A stretch of 64,000 nt of DNA from Balanoglossus misakiensis. Taxonomy: Eukaryota; Animalia; Hemichordata. The notes beneath the pieces are model-generated. The model saw only the letters and a program-made list of their open reading frames with translations. It was not told the origin of the DNA and ran no database searches. Where the stretch lies: NCBI GenBank assembly GCA_040954595.2, contig CM082590.2:7192001-7256000 (forward strand), given 5' to 3'. Numbering within the stretch: position 1 is the stretch's first letter; each line of letters opens with the position of its first letter. The translations under genes and the position numbers were made by a program. Below are positions 23,565-37,843 of this stretch, in pieces.

Positions 23565-26424
23565 AATAATGAGCGCGCGCGCGTGTCGTGTGCAAAGTTC
23601 TGACACACTTTTCCGCTCTGAGTGTGAAAAAAAAATCCCCCTGACCCCCAATCAGGACGAAAGGAAAAGTTGAAGGTCGCCAAACAACGATTGTCTCATC
23701 GAAATCCCGAAATGAGTTATAATAAGAGCCCGATCATGTTTCAGGGACTCTGGTCAGAAATTCTCGTCTGTTGCCGCCCCTGATTTTGTCTTGGCAGCTG
23801 TGTCCATATGCTTCGGCCTACCTCATACCATACCACAGTACGGTGCTCAAGACAACTGCAGTAAATTCAGCGCACTGGGCTGCAGGCCGGCCGGGCAGTT
23901 CGCTTGGCTGGTACCTGAACAAACAGCTACTTCCCCTGTTAAAATTAAGCGCAATACCCGTTGACTGACAACTAACTTTCCAGGCGGTCAGCTGCTTCTC
24001 CTGTAATGGGTACTAGAGTTAGTATGTCCCATATCTGCCCTGTGCATCGGTCTGTAAACATTAGAATTGACGCAAGTTTACTGTTTGGTCGCGATAAGCG
24101 CCTAGCAGTAGCGATATAGATCTTTGTTTGATTAAATTTAGGAGCAGTAAATTCCTGAAAACTTGAGATGAAATCGTAAAACGCCCCCTACAGTAGTGGA
24201 TCAAAATTATAGACGTAAGAAATGCATTATACTTAGCAACTGGGCCTAGTCGGTTTCAAGGCTAGACGCGCGTTCGTTATGTCGGTTTTAAAGGTATACG
24301 GCCAGTCACCCATGCAAATTTAGCCACAGTTACCATGGTAAATTGAGATCTAGCCAATCACTGATATTCAGTGGGTGGCACACGCGAAATAAAGAGCGCC
24401 GCCATATGTTCTTTAGAACACTCAAATACAGATGTACGCCATTTCAGCCCTATGTGGGCATATGTACATTGGAGGTGACTGTATATCTGATCGATTTCAA
24501 TACGCTGTATATACAGTTGTAGGCCTAACTTTTGATATTTTTTCCCGGTAATTTTGCTGTAACTTATATAATTGATCGCATTAATTTTATTTTACAGCCA
24601 GCTAAATACCTAGTAAGCTACTATAGGCCTATAGGGTGCTCGCTTAATGTATAAGGGGTGGACCATTTGATTTCAGGGCTGGCTGGAGGATTTTTGAGAG
24701 AAAAAATCGTCGAAAGCCTTTTGCCGGGGAAAAACTTGTTTGCTGGGTAAAAAGATGCTTCCAACAAGACTTTCCAAAAGAATATTGCAAGTAGTGGGTA
24801 TGAGAAAGTTCATTGTAAATAACGACAAGGCAAGGCAAAAAATATAAGACGCACATTATAAAAGGGTTATGGTCTACGTACTCTTTTCGAAACACCTGGC
24901 ATTGCTTACAGAGTTTCATATATCTTTTCTTGACGGACTTAGCTTTACAAACCCAGCACTAAAATGGAATTGGAAAGATCCGCACAGAATTAAAAAAAAA
25001 ACAGTATAAAATGCCCCTTCATAACATGGGAATTGACGTCACCCATAATCTACCTGCAGCTGTGCTGTGTAATGGTCGGTTGCTTCTTGGTATTGAAGTG
25101 CGCGTGCGCATAGTCCTGAGTCGGTGCCGAACAGGCCAGCTGTTGACATAATACACGGTGTACGTGAGGTCGACACCTCCTCTGTTGGGAATCACACAGT
25201 GTGTGTTTCTGGGATAACTTCCCTCCAGAAACCAAAAAAAAACCAGGAAAACTTGGCCCTGTTGTGATTCGAAGCACACGCAGGACCGGAACCTGGTTAA
25301 AACGATTGGAAGTCGTCATCTATCTGGTAAGCAGATGAACATGAGAATTTACAATCCCGGTGTCAACATAGCCACCCACTGAAAATCTGTGACAGGCTAG
25401 ATCTCAATTTGCCATGGTAACAGTAGCTAAATTTCCATAGGTGATCGTATAACTTTAACTAACAGTTTTCAAAGCGGACATGAGGGTAAAAATCTCGACT
25501 AAATGAATAAATGGTAAAGACTGATTGACTGATTATTCATTTTGGTGAGTTTTTCACTCTCGTGTCTACAAACGGGATGGAAGTTGTGTGTGGTCGAACG
25601 TTGATTCACTATATATCCACATGTAGAATAACATAAACGGTGTCTTGTATCCAACATAAGTAATGGAAAAAGGCAGCGAGAGAGAGAGAGACTTCGTCCC
25701 TTTAATAAGAGAGAGACTTCGTCCCTTTAATACCAACAGAGGCCCATATGTCGCGAATTGTACCCAAAGCTCGCCTAGTGCTTTATGTATTTTTTGTGTA
25801 ACAGCTGGTTCAAATCTCTTAATCCAATGTATTACATGTATTGCATATGTAATACTGTTTTCTAAGTGGTCCTAGCAATTATAATTCTGGGGTATTTTTG
25901 CAAGCTCATATGCAAATGAGCATCCAGAATAATAAGATCCCCCATTTCCCCCTCGAACGATCGTATATTTCAATGTTTATCCCCCGTGCTGTTACATGAT
26001 CATTTGTAGTTTATATAAACCTCCGGAGAATTATCAATATTTTTAATTTTATTCGCAAAAAGGCGATTGTTGTTAATAGTTGTGCGCGCGACAAATGGTA
26101 TTTTACAACCCATACGCAAATTAGTAAAAAACAACCCGGACTACGTTCTGTTTGTGAATATTGAACGCCGTCGGCAGAGCTGGGTTATAACGTGGGGGAA
26201 CTTTCAACATTCAGGGACGTCATTGTCTTTTCCTTTTCCCAACTATTGTCAGAATAACAAAACACCAAGTTGTCAGTATATGTTTTGGAACCTCGAAAAT
26301 GACGAAAATCTCTCTCGTTATCGCCAGTGTTTTCAAATATTATCGATGCGTTGGTGAGCATTATATATATAAGTTTTCTTCATTGAAAAAAATATTTTTA
26401 CAGGACGAACATGTGCGTTTGGAA

Positions 26425-28912
26425 ATGATGGAGTTGACATCTGCCAAGAAGGTGATGGTTTTATTGGTGGCGATAATGGTGCTTATTGTTGTTCTGATTG
26501 AGTACAAAGGCCAGCTAAGTGTAACACAATTAAGACCCGTGAGTGATATGGACCTACAAGCTCAGATTCCAAGAAGGTGAGTTTGTTACCACTGCGAGGT
26601 AAATACACCCTTTTCATAAGTCTACCGCCCTCACACAGCCATCGCGAATTTGAACTCAAAGCAAGGCTAATGGGAAATCCCGATTGGTCAGCTTTCCTCA
26701 TTGGCCTCGCTTGTGACATCATACACGGTATTTACATAAATTTGCATGTGGCTGAAAATGTTTTCTTCTGTTGTTCATAGCTCACCTGAACCAAGTAGTA
26801 CTCAATCACATTCAGAGGTGGCATATCTACCAGAAGACCCAAGGAATGCGACGAGCTTGGCTGAGCTAAAGTAAGTTTCTTGCGGATGGACAGAGTCCGA
26901 CCTAACTACCTACCTACCTACCGACTTAACCATTTAAAGGGACAACTCCCGTCAAAATGAATAAACAGTAAATACCGATTATTCATTTTGGCGAGTGTTT
27001 CACTCTCGTGTCTACAAGTGGGATGGAAGTTGTGTGTGGTCAAACGTTCATTCATGATATATCCACATGTAGAATAACATAAATGGTGTCTTGTATCAAA
27101 CACAATTAATGGAAAAAGGGCAGCGAGAGAGAGACTTTGCCCCTTTAACTAACGAACGAACGAAGGTACAAACTGACTAATTCGCTCACCCACTCACTCA
27201 CTAACTAATTCCATTTCACATTTTCTATGAATCAGATTCTCTTTGTGAAGTTGATATAAATTGCAGAAAATTAATTAATTAATTAAATATTTTTATTGTT
27301 TTATTTTATTTATTTACTTATTTATTTTCAGTCATTTAATTTCTTTATACTAGTACATTTTTTGCTTTCGTGTTTCCTGTCTAGGAACATCATCTCTAAA
27401 AACTTAACTTTGGAAAACTCGTTAGCAATATTTCGCTCCAACGCTGCCTTGGATTTAGTTCTCAATAAAGGATTCCCCCAGGATGCCACAGAACCGGATG
27501 CCCCTCTTTCTAGTCGCGCCCGGATACTCTATGATATCCTATTCTCCACCCTGAAACAACAGAAGTCGTGCGCATTGGTGGGAAACGGTGGTATTCTCAA
27601 AGACAGCGACTGTGGACGTGAGATAGACAGTCATGATTTTGTGATGAGAGTAAATTTACCTAAATTAATTGGATTTGAAAAGGATGTTGGAAAGAAAACT
27701 GACTTACAAGCTTTCAACCAATATGTAGGCATCGATTTGGCTAAAGCCGTCGGCCAGACGACAAAGTCAAAAAGAAAGAAAAAACAGAATTTACCAGATA
27801 TCTTGGAGAGGCTTGCCAACCTACACAACTCAACTGTTTGGTTTCCCTATAAGTTGTCAGGATGGAACGGTACACTCAACAATTCAATCGTTATGATGCA
27901 GAACATATTGAGACAAACCAAGTTGGGGGTGATAGCTATGGACTACAGCGTTGCATACTCTCCGGTACCATTATGGCCGGATATAATGAACAGGTACGTG
28001 ACTTCACACAAACAAACACAAACATAGTCTCGGTTACCCAGAGCCCTCTGCTTCTTCCGTTGGGCACTCCAGAAAGAAGGTCTGGGGAAACCCCATAGAC
28101 AAATCTCAGGGCAAAGATGGCCGACTCGGGACAGAAGTGGTGCATGATGGTTGCAGACTCGAACATTAAAAATACATTCTGAGACGTGCTGGACCTGCTG
28201 AAACTGTCTACAAATTGAAAAGAGAAAGAGAAGTTTGGTAAATGGTTTTCTAATATCGTCATATCATAATATCGTATGTCATAAATGTTGTCCGTCATGC
28301 ATCGCTTTTGTCCCGACTCAGCCATCTTTGCCCTGAGAATTGTCTATGGGGTTTCCCCAGACCCTCTTTCTGGAGTGCCCAACGGAAGAAGCAGAGGGCT
28401 CTGGGTAACCGAGACTAACACAAACAAAGAAAAAATGGCAGAGACAAACAAACAGACAGAGACAGACAGACAGACACATGGACACACAAAATGACCCACA
28501 ACCACACGATAAATTGTAGAACGTAGGATCTGCTAATGAAAATGTAAGGCCGAATTATGACTAATAAACGGAGAATTCAAATAATATTTTGATGACGAAA
28601 ATACAGTTCGCATCCCAAGCTACCAACGTAAAATTAAACGTTATATTTTTCAGAATATGGAACAAAATCAAAAACAGCGAAGGTTTTACACTGTTTACCA
28701 TGTCGACGCTTTTCTGCGAGAAACTGACTCTCTATGGATTTTGGCCCTTTTCTGAGGACTCGAGAGGGCGCAAGTTGAATCATCACTACTACGAGAATTT
28801 CATCTACAATGCCAGCACAAATAACGCCATGCCTCCGGAGTTTGAAATTTTGAAAAAATTCAATCGCTCAAATGTCATAAGTCTCGTTACAGAGAAATGT
28901 ACTAAGCACTAA
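26425..28912 (+). CDS. ST8SIA: ST8Sia-like (alpha-2,8-sialyltransferase type, GT29) type II membrane protein, paralogue A
   Basis: Exons 26425-26576, 26781-26870, 27385-27993 and 28654-28912. N-terminal signal anchor; sialylmotif [32 protein letters not shown]; motif S SEGF...[14 protein letters not shown]; motif III HHYYE; VS-like NAMPPEF; C-terminal Cys as in ST8Sia enzymes. Confidence 0.88.
28025..28417. mobile_element. AcademH-like MITE (TAGTCTCGGTTACCCAG family), 9-bp TSD
   Basis: Long TIRs tagtctcggttacccagagccc... / ...gggctctgggtaaccgagacta; TSD acacaaaca at 28016-28024 and 28418-28426. Confidence 0.88.
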
Positions 28913-30106
28913 GTAATACCGTTTTCAACACCCATTTCGAAGTTCTGGTTTGGCACATGCGTAGACGATCGTTGCCCTTTAAAGGCAATAGATCGTCTCA
29001 CGCGCATGCGCGTAACTTCCATTCAAATAGTGGACTTCCAGCCTTATTACATGCGCACCGCATAAGTAGATTCTGGTTTTGTCCCTCCTTTTCACCCAAG
29101 CTGGTGTCTTTTCCCGATCTCCGACACAGATTATGGTCGCCGCCATCTTCTCTGTTGTTAGGACAGAGCACTGCCTTATGGGATTGACTGTTCACTATTA
29201 AGGCATATGATAAATGTTGAAACGACCCAAAACGGGCCAAAACTAGCCCAATGACCATAAACCGACTGAAACTGCATTAGAGTGCCGCTGCCCATGGCCA
29301 TAGTGTACAGACAATACACTCGTAAGAATTGAACGATTTCACGTGTTAGATGTTACCGACAGCAATGAATATCATTCAAATTGAAGTATCCAAATGTGAC
29401 ACCACCATCGTCGCAAACCACGGCCCTTTTACGGAAGCGCTCTGCTCCCCGCAAAAAGGCCGTGGTATAATACGGCCATGTATTCAGTATTTGGTCTAGG
29501 CGCTTTCATAGTACATCCAACAACCAATCAGATTGCTTGTTATATCCCATTCACGCATCTCATTACATCTCATTCTAAACAACATGGCGGCTTCCAGTGG
29601 CAGTGCTCTGAGTCTGAGTGAGAGCGAAGAGACGGGCTTTGATTGGCCAGATTATAATGATGTCATCTCATGAATATGCATTACCAATATGTTCAAATAC
29701 CAGCGCGGTACTCCATTTTAACCAGAGTACGTGATTTCGATAGTGAAACGAAAGAAATCCGTAGTCTGGTGGGGCGAGAATGGACACCACAGAAGTTCAA
29801 GAAACTGTCATGTCTCCCAATTAATTGTGGGGTAGAACACGTTCTCGGGTGAGGGTGATGGTGATTGATGAAGAGACGGGCACACGTGCGGAGTGTAAAT
29901 TTAAACGCCGATGACTTTATTTAGAAAGGCCAGCCGTGGACACACACAGGACAAGCCTGCAGTCCCGGCTGGACCAGCGAAACGACCGCACTCCTAGAAT
30001 TCTCCAACTGAAATCCTATACCAAGATACAGAATCATTTTTAAACACATCAAACTGCCCGCGTGGGGTCTATACAAAACACTATTGTTCTTCGCCTAAGC
30101 TGTGAA

Positions 30107-31557
30107 CACAGGGATTTATTCAGGGAACGTTTAAGTAAGAATTATATGATATAAACTGAATAAATTTGTTGTCGGTCAACTCTTCTGTCTTTGTCTTACC
30201 GATACGGTTCTAACCGGAACACTAAGGCTTCACTGCTCATACACTACACATTATAAACAATGGATGATAAAATGTGCCCTCTTTTGGTGAACTCTGCCTA
30301 CCGCCTGACCTTCTACCTAGCTATGTCTAGTATAGTCTCGGTTACCCAGACGCCTTTGCTTCTTCCGATGCTCTCCAGAAAAGGGTCTGGGGAAATGCTA
30401 TTGAAAGCTTGCCTCTCAAGAGGGCGCCCTCAATGACCTTTGGCTTTTCAGAGACGCGGTCAAGAGGTCTCTCCAAATCCGTTTCATTCAACCAATGAGA
30501 GCGCTGAAGTGGCGTTCGATTTAGGGGAAGGTAACTGATTCGTCAATGGCGTTCCACCGGAAGTATCACCATGGTTGCCTACTTACTTCACGATTTCATT
30601 TTTATAGATCGATCGCCAAAAATTGAGATAATCGGAATTATTTTACACGTAATCATAATTTACGAGTACAAGTGTCGTTTGTTGTTCTGAACGTCTGTTC
30701 TACACGTATGCCACGTCACGTGACAAGGACGTTACGCGTACTGATCGAACGTGCACGCGATCCATGCACGCGATGGAACTTCTGTCTGGCATATTAGCCA
30801 ATCATATGAAGCAACATCTTGCATGGTACTAGCCAATCACAGCACGAGCTCAAACGGATTTGGAGAGACATCTTGCACCGCGTCTCTGAAAAGCCAAAGG
30901 TCATTGACGGCGCCCTCTGGAAAGGCAAATTGAAAGCTTTGTAAAACAAAATGGCCGATGTTAGGATTTTGATCATCGCCTGATTGGCTGAGCTGTCAGT
31001 ATGACCCGGGTCACTGCAATAGTTTCGACAATCGTCTACCAAAGATATTTCATATAATTTCTCCAACAATGCTAACAGAGGACGCCTTTTGCCTTTCGCA
31101 TCCATTAACAAGTACCGGTCTCTTGATATGAAGATACGACAAATAATCACACATTGTCGAGAGTCAGTGACCCGGGTCATACTGACAGCTCAACCAATCA
31201 GGCGATGATCAAAATCCTGACATCGGCCATTTTGTTTTACAAAGCTTTCAATAGCATTTCCCCAGACCCTTTTCTGGAGAGCATCGGAAGAAGCAAAGGC
31301 GTCTGGGTAACCGAGACTATGTCTAGTAAGGCATTTAGGCGGTCAGCTGGAGGGGTCAGGCGGTAGGAAGAGTTCACCAAAAGAGGGCGCATTTTATCAT
31401 CCATTGTTTATAATGTGTAGTGTATGAGCAGAGAAGCCTCAGTGTTCCGGTTAGAACCGTATCGGTAAGACAAAGACAGAAGAGTTGACAGACAACAAAT
31501 TTATTCAGTTTATATCATATAATTCTTACTTAAACGTTCCCTGAATAAATCCCTGTG
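30107..31557. mobile_element. Palindromic MITE with CACAGGG termini and 7-bp TSD (P-superfamily-like), carrying a nested insertion
   Basis: ~200-bp inverted arms cacagggatttattcagggaacg... / ...cgttccctgaataaatccctgtg; TSD ctgtgaa at 30100-30106 and 31558-31564. Confidence 0.8.
30333..31319. mobile_element. AcademH-like non-autonomous element (TAGTCTCGGTTACCCAG family), nested in the 30107-31557 element
   Basis: TIRs tagtctcggttacccagacgcc / ggcgtctgggtaaccgagacta; 9-bp TSD tgtctagta at 30324-30332 and 31320-31328. Confidence 0.88.
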
Positions 31558-34164
31558 CTGTGAACGCCGGTAGTCAAAATGTAAATTAGTTACAGCTAGC
31601 CACCAGTACGTAAAATTCTTTATGTGAGTGTGAATTGGTGATTTCGGAAGGAATTTCTGGCGTCCCCGCAGCCCCTAACAACGTCATATTGATGTCATGA
31701 CAAAACAATCTGCTTTGATTTAGTGCCTCCTCGCCCGCCTTCCCCAAAGAAAACTCCAACAGTACGGTGTGCGTGATATATAGTACCACACAATGGTGTG
31801 TACATTGTATATGGGTCACAGTCCTAATCTCTTGATGGACTGTGTGTCTAGGTGAAGCGTGAAGACTCTATGCACATATTTGCAAACTTTTACATGACTG
31901 CAATTTTGCAGCGACAACGCATAGCGGTTCCACACTTGAGGTTTTCGGGACAGCGAAATTGGCAATGCAATGGTGAATTTTCACAAAGACGATGAACCTT
32001 TGGCCCAGCAAACCACGGTTTCAACCTTGACTGGGTCACCTCATGGCATCTCTCACGTAGCTACTACATGTATTATAATGGCAACTCATTTACATGTAGA
32101 ATCCTTTTCTTCAGAGGCGATCCCCTCCATTCGTTATGGTTGAAGTGAACAGGGGTCATATTTCACTATTCAATCATTTTTCTTGGAAGGTGAATAACGA
32201 TTACCCTATACTAGGTATTTGTTGTTGAATAAAAAAAAACACACGCAACGGGGAAATATTGTTGGTTTTCAAATGTTGGTAAATTGTCTCCAATTCGAAA
32301 TTTCAAAACGACCGCCATTCTATGTGGTAGTCTAAGGAGGAAATTTGATGCAGTGATTTTCATGAAAACAAGATATTGAACACCTAGCGTTCTTTTTTTG
32401 CAAAAAGACTCCCCTATATTGCTTAATATAGCAAATATTATATTATACCAGTATATTGATGGTGTAAATCACGCTATTTTATTGGTCGAGACACGACACG
32501 TGACTGTGATATATTCGTCACATACCACAGTCATATATCATAGTCAAAGAACATGCCTTTTTAAAATGTTTTATGCAAAGTTTCAATATACTGGCATAAT
32601 ATAATAGCAATAAAACACCCCCAGCCATGGTATACCACTCGATTTTGACCAGTTCAGTTCTTTACATAGCTCTGTATCAACATGTCCTGTTGCCCTTCTC
32701 AGTGTACACATGTGTTTTAGACATGTTCGAAGCAGGACACCCCCCAGAGTGTGTTGATACAGAACTGCTCTAATCAGTTCTAATTATATTGGAGTTCTTA
32801 TCAGTGTTTCGAGACGCTTAAATGATACCCGTTGTAAATACTTTAAGTGGAACACTGTGACCGTTGTGAGGTCATGTCTGAGACAGTGATGAATGTTACT
32901 CCTTCGCCTTGAAGTGCGCTTGCGCAGAGCAGGTGTGTTCAGTGGTGTTCCGCCACATCCACACAGGTCTGTCGTTGACATCACGCGGACTTTCATATAT
33001 CTTTTCTTGACGGACTTAGCTTTACAAACCCAGCACTAAAATGGAATTGGAAAGATCCGCACAGAATTAAAAAAAAGAGTATAAAATACCCCTTCATAAC
33101 ATTTGAATTGACGTCACCCACAATCTACCTGTGCTGTGTAATGTGACCGACACGGGTCGGTTGCTTCTTGGTATTGAAGTGCGCGTGCGCATAGTCCGGA
33201 ATCGGTGCCGAACAGGCCGGTCGTTGACAATACATAGTGTACAGTGAGGTCTACACCGCCTCTGTTGGAAAATTACTCAGTGTGTACAGTGTTTCTAGGA
33301 TAACTTCCCACCAGAAACCAACAAACCCAGGAAAACTTGCCCTGCTGTGATTTGAAGTATACGCACGAGGGGACAGGACAACCTGTTTTAAACGAAGCAT
33401 GTCGACATATCTGGTAAGTCGATGAGAATAAGAATTTGCAATCCTTGTACTCATGGATTAAAGGTATACGGTCACCGATGCACATTTAGCTACAGTTACC
33501 ATGGCAAACTGAGATCTAGCCAATCACAGAATTTCAGTGGGTGGCACACGCGAAAAAAAGAGCGTCACCATATGTTCTTTAGAACGCTCAAATACGCCAT
33601 TTCAGCCATATATGGGCGTATGTAAATTAGGAGTGACCGTGTACTTTTCACAATTGCACTATATGCTTCATCTAAGGGATTTGGCCAGTTGTCGCACACA
33701 TCAAGATATCGGCCCCTTCAAATCATGTTGCGATAAATGGGAAACTACAGTACACAAGGAAAGGCTAGGTTTTCACTCCTTAGCATGTGAACCTTTCCTT
33801 CAAACCAGATGGTATTTTCAGAATGCGAAATGAAATGTCCCAAATGAATCTTTTAAGCCAAAAAAAGCCCGACTTCAAAATGGATTGTTATACAATGTAT
33901 ATGCAATCTGTATAAACGCAGCCGACCACGGTATGAATGCAAATGGGGTTTAGAGGTTGCTTCTCTTTGCATAGCTATGTACAATGCGCTGAGACGTATG
34001 CGTAGCGCATTTTAAACAATTCTTAATAATAGTGCGATCGTACTGGGCTTTGACTGAGCCACCATGCCAAACAAAGTCTTTCATGCGTTAAACAGTGCGT
34101 CACGAAGAGGGTCTTTGCAAAAATATTGTCCTTGAATGCGTAGCAACTGGTTCAAATCTCTTAA

Positions 34165-34959
34165 GATGGGTCCCTCGTATCTTTTTGCTCGTTGCTATGG
34201 GCCTTTATAGGACACTACACTCAATTTTGATCGAAACCGTTATGAACGTCCGACAAGGGGCTTGTAACTAGTTAAAAATACACACGATTGTGTGCACACC
34301 CCCTGTCCGAGTATGTTTACGGCAGCTACCGCCCGGCCATAGGCCGCCACGCTAATACGGCAAAGCAGCGGTCAGCGATAGCGTGCGCGTCCTGTAACCA
34401 CAGTAACTGGATCGAACGCTAAAAATCCAATGTTTTGTACACAGAGATTTTGTACCGTTCACGAAAATCCCTAAGGCTTTTTTCATAGGCCACGTACGCC
34501 AGTCAAATTTGACCTGCTTGTTGAGAACGCACTTCCACACAGTGTGACGGATCGTTTTTTCGGTTTTCGTCGTGCTAAGAAGCGATACCGGTGGAAGAGT
34601 GCGTCCAAAAACACCCAAAATCGATGACTTTTTCAGGTGTGGTACTGGTATGCTGAAATCGTAGGATACAACGATAATATTCGAAAACAAAATCCGTCAC
34701 GATCTTCCCTGGTTCAAGCAACTAATGAATACGTATCAAGTTCGTTTTTCAGGTCACGGAATAAAAAGCCTTAGGCTTTTGAAATTTGACCTAGCTAATT
34801 TGCATATCAATGGCGTCAGGGGGCGCGCGCTCACAATCGTGCAGATTTTCAACTAGTTACCAGCCCCTTGTTAGACTCTGAAAACGGCTTAGTCCAAATC
34901 GGGGTGTAATGTCCTGCAAAGGCCCATAGCAACGGGCAAAAAGATCCGGGGGACCCATC
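34165..34959. mobile_element. TTAA-flanked non-autonomous element (Kolobok-like)
   Basis: Structure ttaa-gatgggtccc...gggacccatc-ttaa. The same left flank (ctggttcaaatctcttaa) occurs without the element at 25805-25822. A related inverted copy lies at ~60310-60657. Confidence 0.75.
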
Positions 34960-35515
34960 TTAAAGGGACAAAGTCTCTCTCTCGCTGCCCCTTTTCCATT
35001 AATTATGTTTGATAGGGATGTACGTTCAGTAAAATTGAAAGTATTAATTGTGGATTTTTGGGTTCTCCTTTGTATGTATAATGAAAATCCGTAGTAAAAT
35101 ATAGGGGTCACCGCGCTTGTTTTTGAAATACACAGCCATGAATTTAGTCGATAATAGAAGAAAACTGATGACTCAGCATTTTTCACCAATGGTTTGTCTA
35201 TGGGCAAAATTTTTAATGCAATTTATGTCGACCACTATTTTTTATTTGACCAATGAATTTATATTTACTGGACTGAGCTATGTGTAAAATTTCGTGAAAA
35301 TGACAATAGTAGAAGTTTGTTTTCTAGCAATTATCAATGTAATCCTATGGGGAAAAGACGGGTGCGCACAGTTTCCGGTTTATGTTCTGCGCGTACATCC
35401 TTAAGAAAAGTGCAAATTTGGTGATCATCATATATGATTTCATCTTGGAGAAATATATTTTTACAGGACTAACATCGATGTAATTGCCTGTGTACCAAGT
35501 GTGTGCGTCCTTTAC

Positions 35516-37843
35516 ATGATGGGGATGACGTCTGTCCAAAAGGTCTTGTTTCTACTGGCGGCCATCTTGGTTGTTATGTTTGTACTCGTGGAGTACAAAG
35601 GCTTGCTAAACTACAAACAACTGAGGCCTATTGGAAGTAAGAACGTACAAGCTCAGATTCCAAGAAGGTGAGTTTGTCTTGGGACCCCCATGGTAGATTA
35701 CAACCTTATAGGGGTCTCTACCCCTTATTGAGTATGTAAACATTTCTTTTTATTCAGGAGAAAATCGAATTCTTGATCAATCATGTTGATCGCATAAATA
35801 CGTTATTTACATAAATTTGCATGCTAATGATGACTTGGAATGAACCATATGGTCTCCTTTTCTCGATAGCTCACCTGAAGCAAATGGTACCCAACATCTT
35901 TTGCAGGTGAAACATCTACCAGAAGACCCAAGGAATGCGACGAGCTTGGTCGAGCTAAGGTAAATGCCTTATTCGTCAGTGCCTACCCTAATCCACAGCT
36001 TGGAAACTGTTTAGCATAGTCACTGATGATCAAAAACATGTGAACGTCGAAGTTTTCAAGGGACATGTACACTGTACATGTATACAAGTCTAGCGCCCTC
36101 ACGACGTCATAACTGAGGTTTAATGCCCATAACTATTTCACAAAATTAAAGTTTGTGAGGATATAAAAATTGTGGACTATTGCACACTTGCAACCGGTAC
36201 AGTTTGTATTCAGATTTAATTTATAAGGCATCACACCCTTCCAAACGATATGGCAATGAAATAGAACATGATAATTTGGTAAGAGTTTTTACACTAGGTT
36301 CTTTGCCTGATGACAGGAACATACTACATGTATATGGGCACATCCGAAAATATGAAAATATGCCAAATATTCATTCATTCATTCATTCATTCATTCATTC
36401 ATTCATTCATTCATTCATTCATTCATTCATTCATTCATTCATTCATTCATTCATTCAGTCAGTCAGTCAGTCAGTCAGTCATTCATTCATTCATTCATGC
36501 ATTCATTACTTCATTCATTCATTCAGTCAGTCAGTCAGTCATTCATTCATTCATTCATTCCTTACTTCATTCATTCATTCATTCAGTCAGTCAGTCAGTC
36601 AGTCTGTGTTTATTTATTTGTTTTTTAATTGTCAATCATTTGATTTCTCCACATTTGTTTTCTGTCTAGGAACATCATCTCAAAAAAGGTCACACTGGAA
36701 AACTCGTTTGCAATATTTCGCTCCAACGCGGCCTTGGATTTAGTTCTCAATAAAGGATTCCCCCAGGATGCCACAGAACCGGGTGCCCCTCTTTCTAGCA
36801 GCGCCCGGATACTCTATGATATCCTATTCTCCACCCTGAAACAACAGAAGTCATGCGCATTGGTGGGAAACGGTGGTATTCTCAAAGACAGCGACTGTGG
36901 ACGCGAGATAGACAGTCATGATTTTGTGATGAGAGTAAATTTACCTAAATTAATTGGATTTGAAAAGGATGTCGGAACGAAAACTGACTTACAAGCGATC
37001 AACCAAATTGTGAGCATCTACTTGTATGAAGCTTTGAATCCGGAAGAAAATTCCACAAGAAAGTCCGAAGGAAAGAAAGGTCAGGATTTGTCAGATATCT
37101 TGGAGAGGCTGGCCAACTTACACAACGCAACTGTTTGGTTTCCATATAGGTTGTCAGGATGGAACGGCAAACTGAACGAATCAAAACTGATGATGCAAAA
37201 TGTGCTCAGACAGACGAAGTTTGGATTGAAAGCTATGGATTTCAGAGTTGCATACTCTCCGGTGCCTATATGGCCGGGAACGATGAGAAGGTGAGTTGAT
37301 TCATTCATTCACTCATTCATTTGTTCGTTCGTTCCTCCATCCATTCCTTCCTTCGTTCATTCATTCATTCATTTCCCACATTCATTCATTCATTCATTCA
37401 TTCATTCATCCATCCATTCTATTATCCATCCACCCACCCATTCATTTATTCATTCGTTCATTCATTCATCATTTCATTCGTTCATTTGTTCATTATGAAT
37501 TTCTAAACAGGGAATTTTTAAATAATAATTTGATGACGAAAAGACTAAATGGTCGAAATGTACTTTAACAACTTAACTCTACACCTTATATTTTTTCAGG
37601 TTATGGAACAAAAGCAGCAGCGAGGGTTTTATACTTTTTACAATGTCGACACTTTTCTGCGAGAAACTGACTCTCTATGGATTTTGGCCCTTTTCTAAGG
37701 ACTCGAGAGGGCGCAAATTGAATCATCACTACTACGAGGATTTGAGGTACAATGTCAACTCAAAAAACATCATACCTCCGGAATTTGAAATTTTTCAAGA
37801 CTTTAATCGCTCTGACGTCATAAGGCTTGTCTCGGAGTGCTAG
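35516..37843 (+). CDS. ST8SIA: ST8Sia-like GT29 protein, paralogue B
   Basis: Exons 35516-35667, 35870-35959, 36670-37290 and 37600-37843 join in frame. Same sialylmotifs as paralogue A; VS-like NIIPPEF. Confidence 0.88.
36369..36604. repeat. (ATTC)n/(AGTC)n microsatellite
   Basis: Directly visible; related degenerate tracts are at 37298-37495 and, inverted, 45895-46073. Confidence 0.95.

Noticed and set aside
30107-30130. RSS-like heptamer (CACAGGG) suggesting a Transib or RAG-type transposon end
   Set aside because: The TSD is 7 bp rather than 5 bp, and no nonamer is evident.
29826-31750. Possible solo LTR surrounding the nested MITEs
   Set aside because: A TG start and an antisense AATAAA are present, but no matching CA end with a TSD was found.
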